From: Phyllosticta citribraziliensis
Taxonomy: Eukaryota
Reading direction: 5' to 3'
NCBI RefSeq assembly: GCF_038025025.1
Contig: NW_027117344.1
Span: 558,001-622,000, forward strand
DNA length: 64,000 bases
A program made the position numbers and the translations under genes. The notes beneath the pieces were generated by a model, which worked only from the letters and a program-made list of their open reading frames with translations, was not told the DNA's origin and ran no database searches. Shown here one piece after another: positions 1 through 11,121 of the stretch; position 1 is the first letter of the stretch; each line of letters begins with the position of its first letter.

Positions 1-289
1 TCGGAAGATTGCAATCTTAGTAGAGACTCCATGTGCTTGTTTCAGTCGTCAAGTTGCAAGCGGTGACGTACTTCGAAGCAGTAGGTAGTTGGCGGCCAAG
101 CGCCCATCCTACCACGAGAGACAATGGGCTCATGTCGAAAACAGGATCAGTGTCCCAAAATTGCAATCCACTGACAGACAATCGCATCTTTTCCAAATTA
201 TTCGTGCGCGTAGTAACTACGAGTTTAAGTCATTGAGGTTAGGCGCTGGATAGGGATGGATATGTACCACTCGGACCGAACACTTTACA

Positions 290-488
290 TCGCCCCCCTC
301 CGCGCACCGGCTCGCTGGTGCAATGGGAGGGGGGCAAATTGACGGGGTCAGCGGCCAGTAGTGCGAGGGTGCCGCCAGTTCGAGTCTGGTCCGCGCCGCT
401 GACTTTCCGATCGTGTACTATAAAACCTACCCGCGGGGAAAGGTTTGATATATCCCACGGACCGCCGTGGGTGAAGTTTTGCTCTTTT
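290..488 (+). ncRNA. Putative RNA polymerase III-transcribed structured ncRNA of unknown family (four hairpins)
   Basis: A-box TGGTGCAATGG at 316-326. B-box inside a T-arm-like hairpin GCCAG-TTCGAGT-CTGGT at 374-390. Stems at 292-301/326-335, 347-355/395-403, 423-428/441-446 and 454-460/465-471. T-runs at 477-480 and 485-488. The ends are approximate. Confidence 0.65.
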
Positions 489-939
489 GTACTTTGCTGG
501 CTCTAACCTATGTTTTCCTCGTTCGGCGACTTTTCTATGACTATCTTTCTTAGAGCAGCCGCAATCAACCCAATTCACGGTGTTGACTTGAGAGGACAAA
601 CCTGAACAGCTGATGGCAATGCATTACCCTCATCTGCAATCAACGCACCAGATCATGAACAAGTCGGTCCGAGGCTTGGTAGCAAAGGTCACGGCATACA
701 TATTCCCGATGTTCTGCGAGTTGCGGCTCGAATCTCGAATGCTCCCTAGCACTCTTCTTGTAGATGCTTCGATGCTCCTGGGTACATACTTTAGTCTAAG
801 GTGGCTTCCATGCTCCCTTTAAGTTGCCTGTTGAAGCGTATGAATACTTCCAGTCTACAATAGTGTGTACCATAGCTTTAGCAAACAAGTCATGGTCCTG
901 GAAGCAGTCCAAGTCAAAAGCACAATCTTCCAACAAGTC

Positions 940-3534
940 CTACCAATGCCTAACAACATACAAGACATTCCTCTCCCTCAACGCATTCAACACACCCCAA
1001 ACCCTCTTCCTCTTCACGCCCTCACGCCCCGCAATATCATCAAGTGCGTGCGCACCGTCGAAGTATTTTTGCAAGACGGGAAAAAGCTGGCGCACCTCGT
1101 CGTCGACCAAGCCGCGGCGGATGTGGTCGATCCAACGCGCCTCGAGCGAGTTTGCCTTCTGCGGGCTGTAAATCATGCGCGGTGTGTAGTCAGCCGGATC
1201 GTTGGATGCGTGCGAGTGCTGGTGGTGCGCGTGATGCGGGTGCGGCTGGAAGCCGGGCCGCAGCACCCCATTGCGCTGCGGTGTTGAGGGCGTGCCGTGC
1301 GGGTGGGAGAAGTCGGAGAGGGCTGTGAGCGAGGCGACGGAGTGCGATGCTTGGAGTGGTGAGTGGCGAAGGGCGGTTGGGGAGGTGTTGGTGGTGAGTG
1401 TCCCTCCCATGCCCGTCGTTTTTGTGCTGCGGTTGCTCTCGGAGTCGCTGTTGCGCGGCGACCGTCGATGCTGCGGCGTCGAGGGCGCGTCTTCACTGGC
1501 TATGGTTGCCCGGTCTGACGCGTCGTCTTGGTGGTCGAGTGCGGCGTGTCGTTCACGCGCGGCTGCCACGGCGGCTCTGGCTGCATCCTTGGCTTCGCGT
1601 TCCATGATTGCGGCGACGTCTGCTTGCACTTCTGCTGACACGCGGATCCAGGCAAAAGTACGGAGCTGTGTTACCCAGCCACCGCGCATGAGCCAGGCTA
1701 ATATGTCCATGTATGCGGAGCGGTGGTCTTTACTGGGAATGAGGGATCCATAGGTCCGTGGGGATTGATTCGAAAGGAGGCTGAGCATCTTTGGTAAAGA
1801 CGGAAGTGTTGGGAACCGGGAGGCATAGGTAGGAATGGCCTGAGGGAGCTTGCGCATGTCAGCGTTGGGAGAGACGATATAAGTGTCTCGCTGATGCAGT
1901 GGAGGTATTGCTCGAGCCCGTCTCCAGTATATCAAGTGCGCAGCGATGAACTCGAGATCTGCCAGTGGTATCTTATGTGCCAGAGCAGTCTTGTGGAGCG
2001 ACTTGGTCGGGTTGAGGCTGCTTATGTAGTAAGCGATTTGCGCCGAGTAGTCTTTTGCGGCACTTTCAATCTCTTTGAGGATTGTCTCCTTGTCCTCGAG
2101 GAAAAGCAAGGCAGAATGAGGAGTTAGCGGAAGCTGGGGCCCCGAATCTATTCGATCTCCATCTGGAAGATTGGCGGTTGTCAACCACAGGCCTGGCATC
2201 TGAGGATCCGTTGGCCTTGGTAAATAGTGAAGCGAGGGAGGCTGAGGGATCTGATACGATGCGTCGGCGAGCATCTCGAAATGGATGTGGGCAATTTTGG
2301 AATTCGAAATACTGTCAAAGAGAATTGCAATCGACTTTGCCAGAGGGGACACATGGATGATGCTGCTCCACAAATTCGGAATCGACTCTCCTAGCAAGCC
2401 ATCAACAACGATCTTCAAGTGCTGTTGGGGAAACTCACGGTTTTCTTTTGCCTTGTTCTTTATTTCCAAAATGACCTTTGATTGCCGGGACACGTAGCCT
2501 GTTTTGGCCTGCTCGTATTTCAGGTCTCTTGAAAATTTTCGAATGACATTGTCATACATTTCCTCGGTTCGTAGTTGATACTCCAGGGCTGGCGGGTTCA
2601 AAACGAAAACGACATTGAACATGGTCATCTCTTCTTCCCCGCCGGCCGTGGAAGCGCTTTTGGCATCTGAAGCTGCGTCGGACATGGCACCGTCCGATGC
2701 CTCATCAGAGAGCTCGTGTCCATATCCAGGTTCGAAGCCAGCGGGCATCTCATCCAGCCCACTCCCTCTGTCCCTATCATTCAAGTCCACTCCCTCGTCT
2801 TCATGAACCGGATTTGCCTTTTCATTGCCATCGTTCTGTGCGCCGTTGACCGCGGCTTCTTCGCTGGATTTCCTTTTTTTCATCATTCCTCTCCTCCTCC
2901 AGCCGCCCTTCTCCTTTGCAAACGTGGGGTATCCAATGAAGCTCAAGCCCTCCATTCCAACTTCGAACTTTCGCTTGTTGAATCCCCTTCCAGGACACAA
3001 TAGCTTCTCCAAACCCTCGCTCTTGAAGCCCATCAAGCTGTCCCATTCTGGCGCTCCGTCGGCGGATACGGCAGCACCCTTCCTCCCTGACCCACCATGC
3101 CCGCTTTTGCCATCCTCATCCCCAGTGCCAGTCAAGCCGTCGTCTTCGTCTTCATCTTCCGTCAGGTCCTCCGAGGCTGATCGCATGCTCCGCTGCCCTC
3201 GGCTTCGACCTTCCCTCAAGCCTCCGCGACTCGTGCCTCGGCTATCTGCCCGGCTTCCGGCGCGACTTCCTGGATCTCCATTCTCAGCCGCGCTGCTAGT
3301 ACCACTGCTGTCGGTGTCGCTGCTCCATCCGCTGCTCGAAGAGCTGGTCGATTCGTCGTCTGTGTTGTTGGACGCGGTGGTCCCGTACCATTGCGGGTGC
3401 GTGGGCTGATTGCTCAATGACCCAGCAGGATGCGGCGGGTAGTGGAAGACCAGGCGAGGACCAGAAAGCGACTTGATTACGAGGAGGATGGCGACCAGTG
3501 AGGGGTTCGGCGGGAGGATGTTTGGCGGGGCCAT
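940..3534 (-). CDS. NPR3: Nitrogen permease regulator 3 (SEACIT/GATOR1 subunit)
   Basis: N-terminal LVAILLVIKS..GPRLVFHYP, MFNVVFVLNP, LKYEQAK, HLIYWRRARAIPPL and C-terminal KYFDG...REGVKRKRVW...VVRHW motifs match Npr3/Rmd11. Start placed at MAPPN (3534). One in-frame intron at 2391-2438 (GTGAGT...CTAG). Confidence 0.9.
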   Translation of the reverse strand: MAPPNILPPNPSLVAILLVIKSLSGPRLVFHYPPHPAGSLSNQPTHPQWYGTTASNNTDDESTSSSSSGWSSDTDSSGTSSAAENGDPGSRAGSRADSRGTSRGGLREGRSRGQRSMRSASEDLTEDEDEDDGLTGTGDEDGKSGHGGSGRKGAAVSADGAPEWDSLMGFKSEGLEKLLCPGRGFNKRKFEVGMEGLSFIGYPTFAKEKGGWRRRGMMKKRKSSEEAAVNGAQNDGNEKANPVHEDEGVDLNDRDRGSGLDEMPAGFEPGYGHELSDEASDGAMSDAASDAKSASTAGGEEEMTMFNVVFVLNPPALEYQLRTEEMYDNVIRKFSRDLKYEQAKTGYVSRQSKVILEIKNKAKENREFPQQHLKIVVDGLLGESIPNLWSSIIHVSPLAKSIAILFDSISNSKIAHIHFEMLADASYQIPQPPSLHYLPRPTDPQMPGLWLTTANLPDGDRIDSGPQLPLTPHSALLFLEDKETILKEIESAAKDYSAQIAYYISSLNPTKSLHKTALAHKIPLADLEFIAAHLIYWRRARAIPPLHQRDTYIVSPNADMRKLPQAIPTYASRFPTLPSLPKMLSLLSNQSPRTYGSLIPSKDHRSAYMDILAWLMRGGWVTQLRTFAWIRVSAEVQADVAAIMEREAKDAARAAVAAARERHAALDHQDDASDRATIASEDAPSTPQHRRSPRNSDSESNRSTKTTGMGGTLTTNTSPTALRHSPLQASHSVASLTALSDFSHPHGTPSTPQRNGVLRPGFQPHPHHAHHQHSHASNDPADYTPRMIYSPQKANSLEARWIDHIRRGLVDDEVRQLFPVLQKYFDGAHALDDIAGREGVKRKRVWGVLNALRERNVLYVVRHW

Positions 3535-4046
3535 TATGCGCGTCGTTGTGGAATAGCGCGATTGAAACGAAACTCGAGTTTCTGGGAAATCATTCGAATG
3601 AGCATTTGCGAAGCGCGTCCCAAGAGGGAGTAGGTCGATCACGTTCGACGCATGTCGTGGAGTTTGGGGGCTGGGGCGGTAGCGGTTGGTCAAGTCAAGC
3701 AATGACGCGCGGGGAAAGATGCGCTGATCGGTTACCACGCGAGTCTGGACGCAGTGCAAAAGCGGCTGCTCATCTATGACGCAAAACCCCATCCTGTCCC
3801 TTGTTTCACGTTTCTGGTCTGCGCCTTGATATGAAATTTTCATTCGTTGCTATGTGCAATGTTTGTTTTGCTGCTAGTGAAGCCCTAGCCTCTGGCCAGG
3901 CACAAAGCTTTGCATCCATGTTGCCCAACCTTGACCGCTCTAAACGCTAGAATCCTTGCAAACTTGCCCGCCTCTGAGCATGTCTATTCTTGAAATCTAG
4001 ACAGATCCTGCCGCTGCGCCGTTGTGCTTGGTGATGTTGGAAAGGC

Positions 4047-5265
4047 TTACTCCTGCTTCATCTTCCTGAAGAAGTCCATGACGCCGGTGAAGACGACGAG
4101 CAAGATACCTCCTCCAGGTCCCAGACGGAGCACCTTGGGCAAGAAGCCCTTGTAGAGAGCGGCGAACCCCTCCTCCTTCATGACCGTACCAAGCGCAGGC
4201 CATGCCCAGTTGTACTTGGGAGTCTGACCAGGGACCTTGGGCGAGTTTTGAATGCGCGACTTGACGACGTCCATGGGCGTGTTGATAATGGTACCAATAG
4301 TTCCGCCAATGGCACCAGAGAGAAGGTCATTCCAGACCTGAGAAGACTTGTCCTTGGCCGCAGGCATCAGAGACCTGACCTGGAAGATGGAGCCAAAGTA
4401 ACCAGCGTTCCACAGAATGTGCCTCCACATGGTGCTCTCGAGACCCTGGTAGAGGGTAAGGGGACCCTCGTGCTTGATAATCTTGCTAACGCAGTCAAGC
4501 ATGCCGTTGTACTTGGAGGCCTGGGCTTTGTCTTGAAGACGGATCTTGACGAGCTCGAAGGGAACGACGACAAAGGACTCGGTGGCACCAGCCGTTGCGC
4601 CAGTCAAGACGGAAAGGCTCTGGGTCATCTTCTCCTGGCCGAATGCCTTGCGGTAGAACTTGCCCCACTCGTCGTTGGCAGCGAACTTTGTAGCTCTGAT
4701 CCAGGTTAGAAATTTCGGCGGCGCTGTCAAGAAGCTGCGCAACATACCTCTTGGGAGCCTCCATCAGGATGGGAGCGGTGATACCACGGTAAAGGCGGGA
4801 GAAGCTGCCCAAGTGTCAGAGTAGCCCTCATATCCACGCATTGGCTTTTTGTTACCCTTCATTCTTGATGATCTTGCTGAAGCAGTCGAACATGCCGTTG
4901 TAGGCATCCTGTCCAGTGGCCGACGCCGTCTGCAGCTGCCTGTATTCGTTTAACGGTCGTCCGGGCTTGAGGGTTCTCTGGAGCTTACACGCGGGTCTTG
5001 ACGACGTCGAGCGGGTACCTAAGAAAAGTTAGTCCCGCCAGAATTGAAAGAAATGGCGTGTGGATCTTACATGACCAGAATCTAATAGGGCATTAGATAT
5101 CATTCAACTTGTTCCCCCAGCTACGCGCAAAGACTCACCTCGGAAACACCAGCCACCGCACCTACGAGTCGGTCAGTCGATGCATGTTGGGCGCTTGAGA
5201 GCAATTGGGCTCGACTCACCAGCGGCGAACTGGTAGATGAAGGGGAGGGGCTTCGGGTCAGACAT
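4047..5265 (-). CDS. ODC1: Mitochondrial 2-oxodicarboxylate carrier (SLC25)
   Basis: Spliced protein starts MSDPKPLPFIYQFAAGAVAGVSEILVMYPLDVVKTR. Three carrier signatures: PLDVVK, PFELVK, PMDVVK. Introns at 5162-5219, 5082-5138, 5019-5070, 4940-4988, 4805-4855 and 4696-4747. Includes an 11-nt exon (5071-5081). Confidence 0.9.
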
Positions 5266-5658
5266 GATGACTTTGACTACTCTGGCGACTAATCAGGCAA
5301 GGTGCAGATTGTGCGTAGAGCGACGACGGCGTGGTGCTGGAGCTTTGACCGAATTTGATAAGGGATTGATCTCGCGTGATTTGGAGTGCGAGAATCAGGC
5401 GGCGCGGTATCCCTGGAAAGCGAACGGGCAGCGGCAAGAGGCTCAGCAGGATGCGGACTGTGGAATATTGGCGGTCGTCCGAGGCAATTGAAGCTGTGGA
5501 GTGAGGGTGGGATTGTTTTCGACCCTCGCACGCTCCATGACCCGACTGCGAATCGCGGACCGGAGGCCGGCCGATGGGGACAGGGTCTGCACGTGATGAG
5601 TGGTTGTTGCGGCCACGACTTGTTGCGCGTGTCACTTCCGCCCGAGTAGCGCGACCCG

Positions 5659-5735
5659 ACGCGTCCACGTCCCAATCAGAACTGAACGGAAGCTCACCCA
5701 CCGCTTGTCCGCGCGCTCCCGCCTCCACAACGCGT
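5659..5735. promoter_or_regulatory. Two MCB (ACGCGT) elements upstream of DNA2
   Basis: ACGCGT at 5659-5664 and 5730-5735 in the divergent ODC/DNA2 intergenic region. Confidence 0.5.
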
Positions 5736-5959
5736 CCTCCACACCCATCCGGCCCACCTACTTTGCCTTTGCCGCGTTGATGGCCTCTCGCCAGAAATCA
5801 TTCTTCGACCAAGACCACGGAAACAAGGTACTCATCCTGCTCTCCATCTTCGTACATCGGCTCACCCGCGCCTAGCCCAAACCAAGACCAAACCAATGGC
5901 CGCGTCCTCGCCCTGGTGACTTCCCAAAGAGACAGAACCAAGACAAACGGGAGCCCATC

Positions 5960-8900
5960 ATGGGTGGACCTCCCATCACCCCCTCGACCCAATCAAAGTC
6001 CAAATTGAAGGCTTTCCAATTCATCGAGGGCCGACCAGAACATGACCCGGAGAAAGAGAATCAAGGCACGCATGTTGGGACCAAGGACTCCATCAATTCG
6101 CCCACAAAGCCCAAGCCGCCGACCTTAGTACAATCCAATACTGATCCCACGACTCCTGCACCCAACCGACCACCACTCGTCGACTTGCTCGATGGCGGAG
6201 ATCTCCCGTCGGCCTCGAAACGCGAGTCGCTCTCGCCAGACGAGCAGATATACTGGCACATACCCGCCAGCTCTCAAATGGATACAACACCAGCGCGGAG
6301 GAAGAGGGCTCGAAGCTCGTCTCCGCCATCCGCTTCCCAAACTAGAGCTAGGAATGCCAAAAAGAGGCGTCAGGGAACTCCAAACATGAAGACGCCCAAA
6401 GCAGACCCTGCAGCAGACTTGTGGAATCGCTATTCGGTCCACACCTCGAACGCAGAATCAACTTCGAATCCGTCCGCTTTTGCCCATTTGATGGCCGAAG
6501 CCTCTCCTCGATCTTCTGCTACTGCGGGGAGCGTCGGCGGTCTTCGACGATGGGCAAGCTGTGGTGCAGAGTGGCCAGCCTCCAAGACAAAGAAGCGACG
6601 CACAGCAGGCACTTTCAGAGAACAGTTAGAGCCAATTGGCGACAAGGAACACGGCGACACGTCGGAACTTCCCCAGGCCAAGGTCTCCAAAGTCGGCGCG
6701 CTTGTCGAGAAGATACAAAAAAGTCTTGCCGAGAAGCCGACTCACTACTCAGATAACGGACCCTCAAGCTCATCGCCGTTGCCGGGCACGGTCGGACTCG
6801 GTGACGACGTCCCTGGATCCCCTTTGCAGCGCCTTGCTCCTATCCAGGAAGGCGCTGAGGCATCAGAATCAGACACCATAGATGCGGAGCCAGAGACGAG
6901 ACGAGAGGACCCAGCTGATCCTTCGAGCTCATCAGAATTCGGAGATGACGACCTCGATGAGGAATTCCTCGAAGCGGCCGCCGAGTCTACGGGTGTGACT
7001 GTTCCTGGTATTGAGGGCGGTTCTGAACATCCACGGAAAGCACCAGTCGCCTCCGAGCCACAGGTTCAACAATCTCATGAGGCAGTCGATGAACGAAGCC
7101 AGGACCAAGCACCCTCAGATAGTGAAGATGAGTTTGGCCTCGGTGACGGCGATGATTTTGGAGAAGATCTCGAAACGGCTGTTTCCCAGTACGATATCAG
7201 ACCCAGCCACCCAGCGCAACCAAAAAAGCCAGATCCAGCTGCGACACTGAATGACAAACATTCGGCTGCTCATGGCAGCAGTAATGTTGTCAATGTCGAC
7301 AACGATTCTGACGATGAATTTGGTGATGATGACATTGATGAAGAGCAATTTGCAGCGGCAGAGGTCGCCGCTACGCAAGGTTATAAGCCGAGTACCTTTT
7401 CTGTACGTACCTGAAGCCTTTGTGCATGCATGTAATTAGCTTACTGAGTAATCGGAGAGTGAGAGTGACAGGATCGCCCGCACTATTCAACGCTACCAAG
7501 TTATCAATGTGGTGGACGGTCAATTTAAGACTGACAAGGGCTACATGATGCCTGAGAAGGCAAGTTGCCCCAAATGCCAAGTATCCCCAATATTCTGACT
7601 CCCGTGCAGGTCTTGCTTGTCGAAGAGGAAAAGAGCAAGAAAATAAAAGCAATCACCCTTCGCCAGTCGTGGTATGACACTCGTTGCACGCCCGGCTCGT
7701 ACGTACATGTCATCGGCCAATTCTCATCGACCGGAGAATGCACCATAGACAACGACAACAACATGCTCATTCTCCATCCGGACCATCTCATTTCTGCAAC
7801 CACCGTCGGCGATTCGTTCAGCTGCATGCGCAAGGCTGTATTGCAAGATCGTGTCAAAGCAACCAGCGACGCCAACGAGGCTGCCATGATCGGTACGATG
7901 CTGCACGAAATATTTCAGGAAGCCTTGAAGTCCAACCGATGGGACCATGAATGGCTGGTCTGGCTGATTAAGAAGATCATTCCGCGCAAGTTCGAGACGA
8001 TCTTGGAGATTGGCCTGACTGTCGACCATGTCATTGATCGGTTGGTAAGTAAACTGCCGCAGCTGCAAGGCTGGGCGAAAATCTTTGTCAAGGCAAAACC
8101 TGGGGTAAGTCGAGGTTCCAATATTGATGAAGTCTTGCTGACCATGCCCCAGCAAGATGCCGTCGTCAAGGATCGGAATGCCAAAAACCTGCAGATGAGC
8201 ATTAACAAGCTTCTGGAGGTCGAGGAACACATCTGGTCGCCCATGTACGGCTTGAAGGGCAACATCGATGCCTCCATCCAAGCTGTGATGCATGACGAGC
8301 ATGGGGAAAAGATCGTGACTGCTCCCTTCGAACTGAAGACCGGTAGAGCTGTCAACATATCTCATCAGGCGCAAACAGCACTCTACACCTTGCTGATGTC
8401 TGATCGATATGGTAAGTTCCCCTTCAACTTTACAGAGTCTCAAGCTGAAGTGGGGTTCCAGACGTCGAAATCGCGTACGGGATTCTTTACTACTTGGACA
8501 GTTCTGAGATCAGTCGCATCCCCGCAATCCGCCACGAAATCCGCCAAATGATCATCCAGCGAAACGAACTCGCCTGCTACGTTCGCGAAAGACTTCAACT
8601 GCCTCCAATGCTCAAAAACTCCCATGCCTGCAACAAATGCTATGCACAAGAGACGTGCTTCATCTATCACAGGCTCGCAGAATATGGAGAGGCCGAGACG
8701 CTTAGCGGACCGGCTAAGCAAAAGTTTCAAGAATTGGTGCGCAACCTGACAGTGCCGCACCAAGACTTTTTCAAGAAATGGGACCTTCTCATGACCCAGG
8801 AGGAATCTGATGTGAAGAAATTCCATCGTGAGCTTTGGACGATGCTCAGCCACGAGAGAGAAAAGCTTGGACGGTGCTTTGCCAATGTCGTCGTCGAACC

Positions 8901-11121
8901 CGACTCTTTCATCGATAAGAACGACGGCGAAAAGATTAACAGGTTTCAGTACACTCTGACCAAGCACGAAGCACCTGCCAGTTTCTCCTTCACCGAGTCC
9001 CAAATCACCGTTGGCGAGCCCATCGTCATCTCGGACGAACAAGGGCATTTTGCACTAGCGAACGGTTATGTCACGCTGGTACGAAGGCGGTCCATCACGG
9101 TGTCTGTCGACAGAAGACTTCACAATGCTCGCATCAGGGAGCCCGATTTCCACCCGGTGAACAAACAGAAATTTGCTGGGCTGATGGACGTTACAACCGG
9201 GCCTGTGAAATCGACCGAGTACGCACACAGCGATGGAAAGCCGATCCTCTACCGTCTTGACAAGGACGAGTTCAGCAATGGGATGGCCATGGTCCGAAAC
9301 AACCTGATTCAGCTCATGAATGATGGTGACTTTCGGGCGATCAAATTGCGTTCTCTGATTATAGAAGGGAAATCACCAGAGTTCAAGCCCGGCCCTAGCT
9401 CGTGCTCTATTCGGACTCAGTCTCAAGCAGCAATGAACTCGGACCAGCAAGCTGCGGTTGAAAAGGTCTTTTCTGCACAAGACTACGCTCTCGTTCTCGG
9501 AATGCCCGGCACTGGCAAAACAACGACGATTGCACACATCATTAGGTCACTCGTTGCCAAAGGAAAGAGCGTGCTCTTGACGTCGTACACTCATACTGCT
9601 GTCGACAACATTCTCCTCAAGATTCGCAATGACGGCATCGGCATCTTGCGGTTAGGAGCAGCGGCGAAAATCCATCCGGAGGTTCAGGAATTTGCCACGA
9701 TTGCCGCTCACACGGTAAACTCTATCGAGGAGCTCGAGCAGTCCTGGAAGGATCCTCCTGTCGTGGCGACGACCTGCCTGACCATCAATCATCCCATCTT
9801 CAGGCGTCGTCTGTTTGATTACTGCATTGTGGATGAAGCGTCGCAGATCACGTTGCCCGTCTGTCTGGGGCCCATCCGTATGGCAAAGCGCTTCATCTTG
9901 GTCGGAGACCACTTCCAACTCCCACCGCTCGTCCAGAACAAGGATGCTCAAGAGGGCGGTCTGGATGTCAGTCTGTTCAAGCTACTCTCGGAAAAACAAC
10001 CGGACGCAGTCGTCAACCTCGAACATCAGTATCGCATGTGTGCCGACATTATGCTGCTTTCCAACACGCTCATCTACAATGGGCGCCTCAAATGCGGCAA
10101 CCAAGCAGTGGCTGATCGGTCTCTCGAAGTTCCCTCGTTATCGGCCCTCCAACGCTTCCACGAGTGCAGGTCTAGTATGTTTTCCTGTACATCTAGCTCC
10201 TCAAAGTCTTCGTGTCCTAGCCCGGATGCGCCAAGTTGCTGGCTCCACCACACAGTCCGACCCTCCAACAAAGTCGTCTTTCTCAACACGGATCCCCTTT
10301 TGCCCTCCTCTCTCGAGACCATGACCGGCTCTCGCATGGTCAACCCCCTGGAAGCCACCCTGACAGTCCAAGCCGTCGAATCGTTCCTCGCAGCCGGCAT
10401 CGACGCCGCCAACATCGGCGTCATCACCTTCTACCGCTCCCAACTGTCCCTCCTCCGACAGAGCCTCCGCCACCGTCCCGGCCTCGAGCTGCACACGGCC
10501 GACAAGTTCCAAGGGCGCGACAAGGAAGTCGTGATCGTCAGCTGCGTGCGCAGCAACGAGGCCAGCGCCGTCGGCGAGCTGCTCAAGGACTGGCGGCGTG
10601 TCAACGTCGCCGTGACGCGCGCCCGCAGCAAGCTCGTCCTCCTCGGCAGCAAGAAGACGCTGGTCGGCTCCGCCAATGAGACGCTCAAGGGCCTCGTCGA
10701 CGTGTGCGAGCGCCAGGGCTGGGTTCTGGACCTCCCGGCTGATGCGGCGCGCGACCACGCTTTCGACGAGGCGGGCCCCAGCCAGACGCAGGGCGATGCG
10801 GAAAAGGCGGACGTCTGCTCCGGCGTCGAGAAGAAGCTGCGCGATGCTCGGCTCAGGAGTCCGAAGAGGAGCCCGATGAAGAAGTTTTTGGCGCCAAAGG
10901 ACGCCAATGCTGGTGCCAGAGGGGGCAGGGGGACGTGCGGCATGCGCGGCAGCCAGAGCCCGACGAAAAAGGGCTGCGTCAAGCCGGCGGGCCAGGGGGT
11001 CAAGAAGGCGGGATCGCGCGTGCCGGAGAAGAAGGGCGTGGTAAGTGAGAAGGCCTTGTTGAGCGGGAGGCCGGTGTTGCGGGACATTGTCAATGACGCC
11101 CGCGGATGGGAATGGGAGTGA
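5960..11121 (+). CDS. DNA2: DNA replication helicase/nuclease Dna2
   Basis: Nuclease motifs LILHPD, IWSPMYGLKGNIDA, ELKTG and Fe-S cysteines (CNKCYAQETC). SF1 helicase motifs GMPGTGKT, DEASQ, GDHFQLPP, DKFQG and RRVNVAVTRA. Introns at 7403-~7457, 7560-7609 (GC-AG), 8105-8152 and 8412-8461. Confidence 0.95.

Noticed and set aside
65..74. GACGTACTTC resembling the 5' end of yeast U3
   Set aside because: No box A, hinge or C/D boxes follow. The real U3 gene is at 55524-55825.
309..398. tRNA gene
   Set aside because: A-box and T-arm are present, but the acceptor stem has two mismatches and no D or anticodon stem forms. Alternative long stems dominate.
3535..3843. 103-aa N-terminal extension of NPR3 from the upstream ATG in the ORF track
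   Set aside because: The sequence is not Npr3-like and starts only ~200 nt from the ODC stop. Family similarity begins just after MAPPN.
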